This document shows positions 17,837 through 27,562 of a stretch of 29,956 bases of DNA, one piece after another (within the stretch, counting starts at the first letter, position 1; every line of letters begins with the position of its first letter). Under the pieces are notes generated by a model, which was given only the letters and a program-made list of their open reading frames with translations, had not been told where the DNA came from and searched no databases. The stretch is taken from NCBI GenBank assembly GCA_048941265.1, contig JBHLNT010000037.1:1-29956 (forward strand), given 5' to 3'. The stretch is from Promethearchaeota archaeon. GTDB taxonomy: Archaea; Asgardarchaeota; Lokiarchaeia; Sigyniarchaeales; SOKP01. The translations under genes were made by a program, and so were the position numbers.

Positions 17837-20728
17837 TTAAAGATAAAGTTCAAAAGTACAAATTTCAAATCTTCCTATATCGAATTTAAGAATACCGCTT
17901 TTTTGATTCCAATTAAAGTTGTATTCAATTTCTCTTTCCAACAAATCAATTGCTTTTATTGTAGATACCTTTTGTGAAATTTTATCATTAAATTTCACTT
18001 CAACGGTCGAAAGTACTCCAGAACTTTCAATAAATCTGGCAATTATTGTCTCTTTTTTGTCCCATTCATTCATTTTTAGTGTACCTAGATATACATTAGG
18101 AGTCATGATTTCTAATAGGGATTTACCCGAAGTTAAGACATTTTCTTGATTTTCATTAATATTTCGTGTTGGTATTATCATAATTGGCTTATTAAATTCT
18201 TCTGCTTTTCTTTTAACAATTACATTAGGAGTTCCATCAGAATTTATTAAAGCCCCTCCATTATGAGGTAATAACGCATATCGACATTTGAAAGGTCCAA
18301 GCCCGCTATATTCTGGAACTTTATGATTAAATAATCTTTCATTTTCAGCACGTTCAAAGTTTACCCATGCTTCCGGTGCAGGAGAAGGATAACGGCAAGC
18401 ACGTAACATGGTAAGCCTCATATCACCACCATTTACATCAAAAGCATATTTACCTTCATTGAGTAAAGCCAAACCCCATTCGTTATCAGGAGTACTAACA
18501 TCAAAATATTTATGACAGATTTTTTCATAACGGGCTTTATCACATGGTACATCTGGATTAGTTTTAAATTGAATAGCACAATACATCCCATCAGCGGTTG
18601 CAATTTGAGCATTTGTCGAAGTGCTATATAATATTTTTAGCATGATATCTTTTTGTTTCCAATCTGTTAAATACTCCAGAAAAATTTCTTGAGAATCCTT
18701 AAATAATGATAATTTTTGGATAATCGAGCTTATTCCTAATGCTCTAGAAATTTCTAAGGTATTAAATATCGGCCCCGATTCAGAAATCCTAATTTTAACA
18801 TCTTCTTCATTAGAGAGTTCAATTGGATGTTCCCAATATTGAGGCGTTAAATTCCAGGCATGACGAGAAATAGGCTCATTATCAAGAAAACCATATGTCA
18901 GATTTGACGATTGCTCCTTCACCAAATTCTCTCCATTGTTAATATTTTCGACTTTTAATTCAACGAGAGCTCCGGATTTTGGATCAACTTTAATTGCTAG
19001 TTTTTGATTAGAAATTGAGTAATTTGAAACAGGGGTAGATAAATTCTTTTCTATTTCTTCGGTTAAAATATCAGATAAAATCTCTAATTTGGCCTTAGTT
19101 ATACTTAAAGGATTTAGTTTAATTACTGTCCACCATCCCGCTGGCATTCGATCAGTTGTATCCTCTAGTTCAGCTGTTACTGGTTGACATAGATGTTCGC
19201 TATTTTCACTATTTAATATTGTTAACTTAGCATAATTGGGTTTGTTATCTTTTTCATGGACTTGTTTATCCTTAATAAGACTAACCGGAATAAAAACTCT
19301 TGACTTTCTTTCCCATGATAGGGGATTGAAAAGATAAAATTCTATAACATTTTGAATACTATTAGAATATTGATTTCCAGATAATTTTGCTCCAATGTTG
19401 TCTATTATTTCTTGAATTATTTTATCTTGTTCATTCCAATCATCCCATACATCATCATATACTTCTGGAATAGAACTACCTGGTAAAATATCGTGAAATT
19501 GATTTTTAAGTGTAGTTTTCCATAAATATTCTAATTTCTTTATTGGATATTCAAATTTCGAATTAAGCAAGGATATTAAAACTGAGAGTTTTTCTAGAGA
19601 AATGATTAAATTTTCATACTTACGATTATATCTTTTAACATTTGCATGATTAGAAAAACAGCCTCTGTGATTTTCTAAATAGAGCTCATCATTCCAGACT
19701 GGAAATTTTTCAGAGTTTTTTTCGATATCTTTGAAAAAATTCCTGATATTACTCCATTTAAACATAGGGTGTTTAGCAAACTCATTAGCAGTTGCTACTT
19801 CTTTATGAGTAGGACCATGACCTCCATCACTTAATCCATAAAAGCATCCTATGTGAGGACAAATATCATCTAGCACATGTTCTTTTAATTCACTATAATC
19901 AATTGTATAATTCCATACTTTTTTGCCATTTTCTTTGAGTAAATGTCTTCCAATCTGAAATTTTTCCCAATTTTCGAGAACTTGTATGGTAATTTCACTA
20001 TAATGGAAATTTGTTGACAATATTCGTGTTCCATTAGGTCCTTGCCACCAAAAGTTAACGAATGGAAATATCGTATTTTTATTCCAAGTAAGTTTGCTTG
20101 TCCAGAAATATTTCGCACCAGATTTCGCTAAAATTTGTGGTAATCCATAATTATAGCCAAAAGAATCCAAGAACCATTCAACAAAAGGCAAAATATTAAA
20201 ATTTTCGCGATAAAAACGCATACCGTATAGTCGCTGCCGTATCATAGCTTCCCCGGAAGGCATCATGCAATCAGGTTCAACATAGGATCCACCAACAAGC
20301 TCAATATTACCTTTCCTAACTTTATCTTTAATTTGATTAAATAATTCTAAATTATCTTGTTTAATCCATTCGAGAAGTAAGGGTTCACTTAAAGCAAAAT
20401 GAAACGTATTCGGAAACATATCAGAGTGTAATATTGCTTTACTGAAAGTCACTTGTGCTTTTTTCCTTGTTTGTTCAGCTCTCCACATCCACGCACAATC
20501 AATATGAGATTGCCCAATTATATGAACTTGAATTTTATTAGGATCTACGATTTTTGAAATTTTATTCAAATACCGATTCAACTTTTTCCCGATTTTAATC
20601 TCTTTTTTTCCACCCAACCATTTTTCTAATGTTTTCTCATTATCAAATCTGGGTTCATCAAAACCAGAAGTATTTAATCTTTTATTTCCTGAATAATATC
20701 CTATTTTATCGGTGAGTTCATAATCCAT
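17837..20728 (-). CDS. alpha-mannosidase, glycoside hydrolase family 38
   Basis: GQSHIDCAWMW, GGSYVEPD, GEAMIRQ, DSFGY, LPQIL, LYLENHRG, NQFHDILPGSSI. No signal peptide. Confidence 0.95.
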   Translation of the reverse strand: MDYELTDKIGYYSGNKRLNTSGFDEPRFDNEKTLEKWLGGKKEIKIGKKLNRYLNKISKIVDPNKIQVHIIGQSHIDCAWMWRAEQTRKKAQVTFSKAILHSDMFPNTFHFALSEPLLLEWIKQDNLELFNQIKDKVRKGNIELVGGSYVEPDCMMPSGEAMIRQRLYGMRFYRENFNILPFVEWFLDSFGYNYGLPQILAKSGAKYFWTSKLTWNKNTIFPFVNFWWQGPNGTRILSTNFHYSEITIQVLENWEKFQIGRHLLKENGKKVWNYTIDYSELKEHVLDDICPHIGCFYGLSDGGHGPTHKEVATANEFAKHPMFKWSNIRNFFKDIEKNSEKFPVWNDELYLENHRGCFSNHANVKRYNRKYENLIISLEKLSVLISLLNSKFEYPIKKLEYLWKTTLKNQFHDILPGSSIPEVYDDVWDDWNEQDKIIQEIIDNIGAKLSGNQYSNSIQNVIEFYLFNPLSWERKSRVFIPVSLIKDKQVHEKDNKPNYAKLTILNSENSEHLCQPVTAELEDTTDRMPAGWWTVIKLNPLSITKAKLEILSDILTEEIEKNLSTPVSNYSISNQKLAIKVDPKSGALVELKVENINNGENLVKEQSSNLTYGFLDNEPISRHAWNLTPQYWEHPIELSNEEDVKIRISESGPIFNTLEISRALGISSIIQKLSLFKDSQEIFLEYLTDWKQKDIMLKILYSTSTNAQIATADGMYCAIQFKTNPDVPCDKARYEKICHKYFDVSTPDNEWGLALLNEGKYAFDVNGGDMRLTMLRACRYPSPAPEAWVNFERAENERLFNHKVPEYSGLGPFKCRYALLPHNGGALINSDGTPNVIVKRKAEEFNKPIMIIPTRNINENQENVLTSGKSLLEIMTPNVYLGTLKMNEWDKKETIIARFIESSGVLSTVEVKFNDKISQKVSTIKAIDLLEREIEYNFNWNQKSGILKFDIGRFEICTFELYL

Positions 20729-20826
20729 TTTATCTTTTACCCTTAATTTACATTAAGATAAAGAGAATTTTCTTTTTATATCATTCTAAAAATGAAAAAT
20801 TAAGAAAAAATATTAAGAAAAAAATA

Positions 20827-20952
20827 TTAAAGTTTTGATTTCTTCTCAGCATGAAGTCTTTGTTGAGCTTCTTTTACTTTTCTTAAACGTTCTCTATGAA
20901 ATGGATAGATATAAAAACCAAATATTGCGATTGCTAGCGCAATTAATTCCAT
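20827..20952 (-). pseudogene. 41-aa ORF resembling the last TM helix and tail of a GPH/MelB-type MFS transporter
   Basis: Hand translation: MELIALAIAIFGFYIYPFHRERLRKVKEAQQRLHAEKKSKL*. TM helix followed by YP(L/F) and a charged helical tail. Confidence 0.45.
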
Positions 20953-21068
20953 TTTAGAGGGTGTAATTAAATATTAAATAAAAATTAATATTTTATAAAA
21001 AAATAGAATCATTAAGCTAAAAGCTGAAAAGCAAAATATAATATTTTACCTAAAAAATGTGAATTATC

Positions 21069-22529
21069 ATGTCGATTAAGGAAAAAATAGTTAATCAACT
21101 AAGAAAGGGATATTCTCCTATTGAGGCAGGTCCTAATGAAAATATAAACAAAATCTATAAAAATTTTTTCAAACCACGTGTCGACAAAAAAGATCTGGAT
21201 TTCTTTATCGAACTTTTTGATACTAATGAATCATGTTTAAGAGCTTGGGGCTTTCTAGGAATTCAAAATATATTAAAAGATTCAATCGTGTATGATGATG
21301 AGAAAAAAACGAAAATCCAAAAAATCGTTAGTGATTTATTAAATGATAAATGTGTGATTAGTTATTATGGAGGATCAACTGAAATCTGTACCCCATTAAG
21401 AGAACATCATGTAAGAAGATTGTGTGAACTGGATACCACATTAATTTTCGAGCCGGTTTATGAATATGTTAAAACATCAGAAGGAAAAATAGATGATGTT
21501 ATAGTTGATTTATTAGAAAGGGTATTATCAAAGGTTCCAGACTCCAGAGTAGAACCACTTCTTTTAGACCACACTAAAAATATAAATCCAAAAGATTTTA
21601 CGTTGAAATCTATTGTGATTAACGCTTTCGAGCATCTTGGTGAAAATGGACCGATTAAAAATAAAGATGCTGTATTACACATCTTTAGGACTTATTTAAA
21701 AGAAATTGAAATAGAAATATCTGAAGTAGGGGAGATTGAAGAAAAAAGAAAATTAGAGAAACTAAGAGAAAATATTTTTAAAGTTGCGGCAGTTTTGGAC
21801 CTTGATTTAGAAATAGAAACTTTAGAGTTTTTAGACAAATTAGCCCATCCCTATAATTATTTACCTCTAATCGCTACAAAATATAAAAATAATGAGAAAT
21901 TTATTTCAATTCTTCTCAAAAAATTAAATAATACCAATAATCCAAATTTTGTTAAAGATATTTTAATAGCAATTCTCATAATACGCGGAAATATTAAGAA
22001 TTGGAAAAATCTCGTGATTGACAACATAAATAAATATCAAATTATCGATGGAGATTTGATTGTAGAGATGGAAAAAGCGAATCTCTATAATGAAGATATG
22101 TTAATTAATTTCTTGAGGGAGGGAAATAAATGGCAACTTGAATTTATTAGGGAATTTCTTGTAAATAATCCACAAAAACTTGATAATTGGCCAAAATTTC
22201 AGAATGAATTTATTAATGTTTTAAAAACATTTAAATCACCTACTGAAGATTGGAACAAATATCCGAACCTCAAAGAAAAAAAGGAATTAGCCTTAAAAGT
22301 TGTCATTGACCTAGAGAAAAAGGATTTGACTGAATACGCTTTGGATAACTTTAAAAATCTGGAGGATGACGAGTTACGAAAAATAGCATTATTCACAATT
22401 ATCAAACTTGGAAAAGATGATGTATTGATCGAATTAAAAAAATACTTAGAAAAGGACAAGGAATCCTCTGAATTTTTTAAAAAGTTTTGGAGAAGCTTAG
22501 AAGCTCGTGATATGCAATTTTACTATTAA
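21069..22529 (+). CDS. hypothetical alpha-solenoid (HEAT-like) protein
   Basis: 486-aa ORF with HEAT-like segments (NESCLRAWGFLGI; DDELRKIALFTIIKLG). Confidence 0.7.
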   Translation: MSIKEKIVNQLRKGYSPIEAGPNENINKIYKNFFKPRVDKKDLDFFIELFDTNESCLRAWGFLGIQNILKDSIVYDDEKKTKIQKIVSDLLNDKCVISYYGGSTEICTPLREHHVRRLCELDTTLIFEPVYEYVKTSEGKIDDVIVDLLERVLSKVPDSRVEPLLLDHTKNINPKDFTLKSIVINAFEHLGENGPIKNKDAVLHIFRTYLKEIEIEISEVGEIEEKRKLEKLRENIFKVAAVLDLDLEIETLEFLDKLAHPYNYLPLIATKYKNNEKFISILLKKLNNTNNPNFVKDILIAILIIRGNIKNWKNLVIDNINKYQIIDGDLIVEMEKANLYNEDMLINFLREGNKWQLEFIREFLVNNPQKLDNWPKFQNEFINVLKTFKSPTEDWNKYPNLKEKKELALKVVIDLEKKDLTEYALDNFKNLEDDELRKIALFTIIKLGKDDVLIELKKYLEKDKESSEFFKKFWRSLEARDMQFYY

Positions 22530-22562
22530 AAAAATAGATTTATTTTCTAATTAATAAAGATA

Positions 22563-23660
22563 ATGAAATCTTTTAGAGATCTAATTAAGGAAGTACATCA
22601 AAGAGGAATTTGTCAACAATGTGGAGGTTGTGTTAGTTTCTGCAATTCAATTGAGCATCAGGTAATCGGATTTAAAGGTCCTAACTCACCTCCAGAATAC
22701 TTAAACAAGGATAAATGCCTTAAATGTGCATTATGTTATTTAATTTGCCCACAGACTCATGCTTTAGAACAAGAAATCAATAAAACCTATAAATTTTCAG
22801 ATTTCTCTACTATGCCTTTAGGATTTTTCTTTAATATATATTCTTGCCAATCTACCGATAAAGATTATTTGAATTATGGAACTGATGGAGGGATTGTAAA
22901 CACAATAATAAATTTTTTGTTAGAGAAAAAATTGATTGATGGAGCAATTGTAGCAAGAACTTTAGGCCCCTTTTCCCGAGATGCTATAATTGCCGAAAAT
23001 AAAGAAGACTTATTAAAAGCTTCAGGAATAAAATTGGATATATCTCCACAATTGGAAAAGATCCAAAAATTCCATACCTATACTAATTCACTTCCCAAAT
23101 TAAATCAATATCGATTTAAAAAATTAGCAGTAGTTGGAACTCCTTGTCAAATTTACACTATTAGATGTATGCAGAATTTAGGTATCATGCCCTCGCAAAA
23201 TATTGAGATTTGTTTAGGACTTTTTTGTTATGAAAACTTCTTCTTTGATATAAACCATGTAGAGAAGTTTGAAAAAGATTTTAATCTTAAATTCGAAAAT
23301 ATTGAAAAAATAAACATTAAAGAAGATTTAATTATTACTATGAAAGATATACAAACAACAAAAAGAATAATTCGTATTCCCTTTAAAAAGCTAAATGCAT
23401 ATATGCGGGCAGCATGTAATGCTTGTAATGATTATACTAATATTTACGCTGATATCTCATTTGGAGGATTAGGTTCACCTGATAAATATACTACAATACT
23501 CACTCGATCTGAAAAAGGGAGAAGCATTATATTAAAAGCGATAAAAGCAAAAAAAATTAGATGCACCCATTTAAATACTTTAGCGAAAAAAAAGGTGAAA
23601 GATCTAATTACTAAATATTCTTTAAAAAAAGTTAAAAGAAGAGAGAATTTTTTTAAATAA
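22563..23660 (+). CDS. coenzyme F420 hydrogenase/dehydrogenase beta subunit family (FrhB/FdhB) with N-terminal 2x[4Fe-4S]
   Basis: CQQCGGCVSFC, CLKCALCYLICP, DGGIV, VVGTPCQ, GLFC, CNACNDY, ADISFGG. Confidence 0.9.
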   Translation: MKSFRDLIKEVHQRGICQQCGGCVSFCNSIEHQVIGFKGPNSPPEYLNKDKCLKCALCYLICPQTHALEQEINKTYKFSDFSTMPLGFFFNIYSCQSTDKDYLNYGTDGGIVNTIINFLLEKKLIDGAIVARTLGPFSRDAIIAENKEDLLKASGIKLDISPQLEKIQKFHTYTNSLPKLNQYRFKKLAVVGTPCQIYTIRCMQNLGIMPSQNIEICLGLFCYENFFFDINHVEKFEKDFNLKFENIEKINIKEDLIITMKDIQTTKRIIRIPFKKLNAYMRAACNACNDYTNIYADISFGGLGSPDKYTTILTRSEKGRSIILKAIKAKKIRCTHLNTLAKKKVKDLITKYSLKKVKRRENFFK

Positions 23661-23715
23661 TAAAATTAGAGAGAAAAGTCTACTATTCAAATTAAGAAAG
23701 AAGGAGTTTTATTTT

Positions 23716-24714
23716 ATGATTCAATCAAAATTTAAATTTCTTAGGTGGACAAAAGAAAACCATAGTAAATTAAAAATTATTTTTCTAATTACAATTGTTA
23801 TAATTGGAACATCCCTCGGGGTATTGCTTACATTATATTCTTTAATTAATTTTAAAAGACCTAAATTTGAATTAGCAGATAGACAAATTGATGATTTCGC
23901 TTATTGGATTAATGATATTGATAAAAAACAGATTAGAGATTCTAAATATGATTTAATCATTATTGACTATTCTGCAGATGGTTCCGAAGATGAAGAATTC
24001 ACAGATGATGATCTTGACTATATGAAATCCTCGGGAGATGAAAAAAAGCTCCTTATCTCTTATATCAGTATAGGAGAAGCTGAAGATTATAGATATTATT
24101 GGGAAGATTCATGGGATAGCGACGAGGATGGTATACCTGATAGTGGTGCTCCTGCTTGGTTAGATGAAGAAAATCCTGATTGGGGCGGGAATTATAAAGT
24201 AAGATATTGGATGCAAGGCTGGCAGGATATTATTTATGATTATTTAGATCGCATTATTGACGCCGAATTTGATGGAATATATATGGATCTTATTGATGCA
24301 TATGAATACTATGAGGATGATATTCCGATTTCCGATTGGTTAATGATTGATTTTGTAAGTAACATTTCTGATTATGTCAAGTCAGATCAAGGTAAAGACT
24401 TCTTAGTATTTGTGCAAAATGGAGATAACTTGTTGAAAAACTCAACATATCTCGATCATATTGATGGAATTGGTCGTGAAGATTTATTTTTTGATGATGA
24501 TGATCCAACAGATGAGGAAGATCGTGTAAAAAGTATCAAAAATCTAAATAAAGCATTAGAAGAAGAAAAAGCGGTCCTTATTATTGATTATCCAACCAAT
24601 TGGATTAATAATTATGAATTCTATAAAAATTGTGCTGATAATGGTTTTTTAGGTTATGCCACAAATAGAGAATTAGATCGATTATACGAATACTGGTATT
24701 TCCCTGCAACATAA
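23716..24714 (+). CDS. membrane-anchored MJ1477/TM1410 family (GH114-like, endo-alpha-1,4-polygalactosaminidase-like) protein
   Basis: N-terminal TM anchor; SYISIGEAEDYRYYW, ENPDWGGNYKVRYW, FDGIYMDLIDAY, VQNG, GREDLF. Confidence 0.85.
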   Translation: MIQSKFKFLRWTKENHSKLKIIFLITIVIIGTSLGVLLTLYSLINFKRPKFELADRQIDDFAYWINDIDKKQIRDSKYDLIIIDYSADGSEDEEFTDDDLDYMKSSGDEKKLLISYISIGEAEDYRYYWEDSWDSDEDGIPDSGAPAWLDEENPDWGGNYKVRYWMQGWQDIIYDYLDRIIDAEFDGIYMDLIDAYEYYEDDIPISDWLMIDFVSNISDYVKSDQGKDFLVFVQNGDNLLKNSTYLDHIDGIGREDLFFDDDDPTDEEDRVKSIKNLNKALEEEKAVLIIDYPTNWINNYEFYKNCADNGFLGYATNRELDRLYEYWYFPAT

Positions 24715-24924
24715 CCTCAAAATGTCCAAAATTATTTGATAAATTTGATAAACGAAGGTTTAAAAAGAGGAAAAATTTAGAAAAAAACAAAGGGACAAAA
24801 GAAAGAGAGCTAGACAAAAAAAGAAAGAACTAAGCGATAAAATGGAAAAGTATTTACAATGGAAAGCTAGAAAAAAACCAGACTAACAAAGTTAATTAAA
24901 AAAAAAAGAAAAGTATTGTTTTTT

Positions 24925-25164
24925 TTAACCAATATCTACATCCATTTTCTTACGCTCTTCAAGAAGAGAATCAACAACGGAAGGATCTGCTAAGGTTGTG
25001 ACATTTCCGATATCGGTTCCAGAGGCAATTGCTTTCAAAATTCTTCGCATAATCTTACCACTGCGTGTTTTAGGCAAATCATCAGCAAATTGGACGACAT
25101 CTGGCTGAAAAACAGGACCGATTTCTTGTCGAACATGCATTATTATATCCCGTTTCAATTCCAC
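24925..25164 (-). pseudogene. acs: C-terminal fragment of acetyl-CoA synthetase (AMP-forming)
   Basis: HVRQEIGP, DLPKTRSGKIMRRIL and GNVTTLADPSVV are the Acs C-terminal signature. Only 79 aa, with an in-frame TGA ~15 codons upstream of the GTG and no room for the other ~570 aa. Confidence 0.85.
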
Positions 25165-25327
25165 TGATTTTTCAACTCTTAGTATTCCAGTTAATTTCTC
25201 ACAAATATGTCATTTAATTCGCTTATTTTTCCAGTATTAAGGAAATTATATATAAAAATAGTACATATTATGCAACCAAGGCAGAAATAAAATAAATTAT
25301 AACTATTAAAATTCATCACGGATAGAG

Positions 25328-27560
25328 ATGAAGCATTTAAAAGAATATAATACATATGAGTTTGAAGTTCCTGAACAAATTATAGATGATCTATCCGCAG
25401 ATGAAGAAATTCTCTTTAAATTAAATACAATAAGTCCATCAATATACGAAAAGATTTTTAACTATATGATATATGGGTTAGGAGTTTTTGTTATTGTTAG
25501 TGCTATTTTAATAATTATTAGGACGAATGGAAAAGCAATCAATTCTTTTTTTTTTTTGGCCTATTTTTTTGATTTTTCTTCCATCAATTTTTTTATTTTT
25601 AATATTTACAGACATTAAAAGCGGTTTTACAACAGAATTTTTTCTTATTATCACTAATAAAAGAATCTTTCTATATACAAAGGATTACCCAAAAAACCGC
25701 TCTGAACATATTGAGTTTTATGATTCATTTGATTTAGATTCTGCAATTTTTTTAACATATAAGATAAAGAAATGCAAAAATCAAACAATATTTAAAGGAG
25801 ATATTAATATGATTTTAGAGCACGGTATTTCGATTAAGAATGTGCGAAATATAGAGAAAAATATTAACTTAATTGAATCAATTTTATGGATTTATGGCAA
25901 TTTTAACAAAAAACTAAAGGAAATTAATGAGAATAAACAAATTACTTATCCTCGTATATTTAATATTAAGAAAGAACTGTGGGAAGACTTTTATGTTTCT
26001 AAAAAAAAAAATACTATCGCATTTGGATTAAGCCTATCAGCGTTAATATTAGGAATTATCGGTTTAATCTTTATGCTAATGATTCGTGAGGATTTGGGGA
26101 TAACTGTTTTAAGTTTTATTTTTCTCTCAAGTTTTGGATTTTCATTTCTTATCTTTCCAACGAGTCGATTAATTCAAATTAAAAAAAATTTAGCTTCTAA
26201 TAAGGATATAACTTTAGTTTTAAATAAGGATAAAATTTCTTTTACAAATTTGGATTCTTCTAAAGAAATAAATTTTAATAACAATATATATATAAATTTC
26301 TCTCAAATGATCAATTTTAAATCAAAATCTAGAGAGTATGTTGGTGCTTTGCATATTAAACCTTATTTTGATTCTCAGAATTATATAAAATTTGGACCTA
26401 TAGATAATTATGGTGAATTAATTGAGATTATATACCTCAATTTGCTTGAATGGAAAGCTAAACAAGGTATTTTAGAAAATAAACAACAAATTATAGAAAA
26501 ACAAAAATGTATTCAGAAGGAACAATTAATCATAGATGAGAAAGAAAAATTGTTAGTAATAGATAAAAAAGGGGAATATCTTGTTTCAGATTTAACGTTA
26601 AACACAAAAATTTTACTCTCATTATGTATAATAATTACAATTCTAATTGGGGTACCCTTCATAGTTAATTTAATATATTTTTCAATATTCGACATTAGCG
26701 ATCCATTTTATATCACAGGATTCCTAATTAGCATTTATGGAATATTAAGAAAAAAAAAATATGGATTCATAATAATAATAATAGAATCTGCTTTTCATGT
26801 AATTATTTCCATTATATTTCTTTATGAAATTGATATAATCATATTTGGAGTAATTTTAGTCATATCGGTTTTGGAATTCCGAAATTATAAAAAGAATTAT
26901 CAACAATCAATTGAGGCAGAGGATACCGGAATTTGTCCAAATTGTGGAAAATTAATATATGGCAAATTCTGTAGTTTTTGTGGATACAATTTAGATTCTT
27001 TAGAAAATATTTTACATTTAAAACGTGATAATCCAAATTTAGGACCATTTCTAAATTATCTAAATCCTAATGAGAATGTTTTTTTTAGTTTCATACCAGA
27101 AATCAATATTAATAAGAAAATATTACAGATAATAATCGGCTTTATTTGTTTAATGATGTTTTTTGTAATATTGTTTATTTCATTAGTATTATTTCTCATT
27201 CTTTTCATTCCTATAATTATAGGAATGATATGGGGTATTATGACATTATGTTCTTTATCTGGAAGTCTAGCAATGAAAAGATCAATTTTTATTTTTACAG
27301 ATCAAAAAATTATAGCTAAATATGACAAACATATTCTAATGACTCCCTACTTAAATATAGCATCAATATCTTCTATGACCAAAAAAACTCATTATGAGGT
27401 AGAAATATTATTAAAGAAAGCGATCGAGTCAAGTCCTTTTATCAATAAATTCGGAATATATATCCCGCATGTTCCAAAAAATTCTGACCTAATAGATAAA
27501 ATTAAGCACTTAAGGAAAAAAGCAACCCAATCTAACAATAATTTAATAGGAGATGGTTAG
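25328..27560 (+). pseudogene. frameshifted polytopic membrane protein with repeated PH-like modules and a zinc ribbon (ORFs 25328..25618 + 25527..27560)
   Basis: The 96-aa ORF matches the N-terminus of the downstream paralog (EFEVPEQ vs EFEIPEQ) and the 677-aa ORF matches the rest. The frames switch at a T12 run (25546-25557). CPNCG-x6-FCSFCG zinc ribbon. Confidence 0.8.
25546..25557 (+). repeat. T12 homopolymer at the frameshift site
   Basis: aattc-T12-ggc read directly from the sequence. Confidence 0.9.
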
Positions 27561-27562
27561 AA

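Noticed and set aside
20797-20832. Short tandem TTAAGAAAAAA(A)TA repeat
   Set aside because: Two to three low-complexity units, compatible with ordinary T-rich terminator or promoter sequence.
24715-24924. Purine-rich stretch with coding-like pieces (ELSDKMEKYLQWKARKKPD*) and the antisense 70-aa ORF
   Set aside because: Broken by stops and frame changes with no recognisable family. It may be a decayed gene but cannot be supported.
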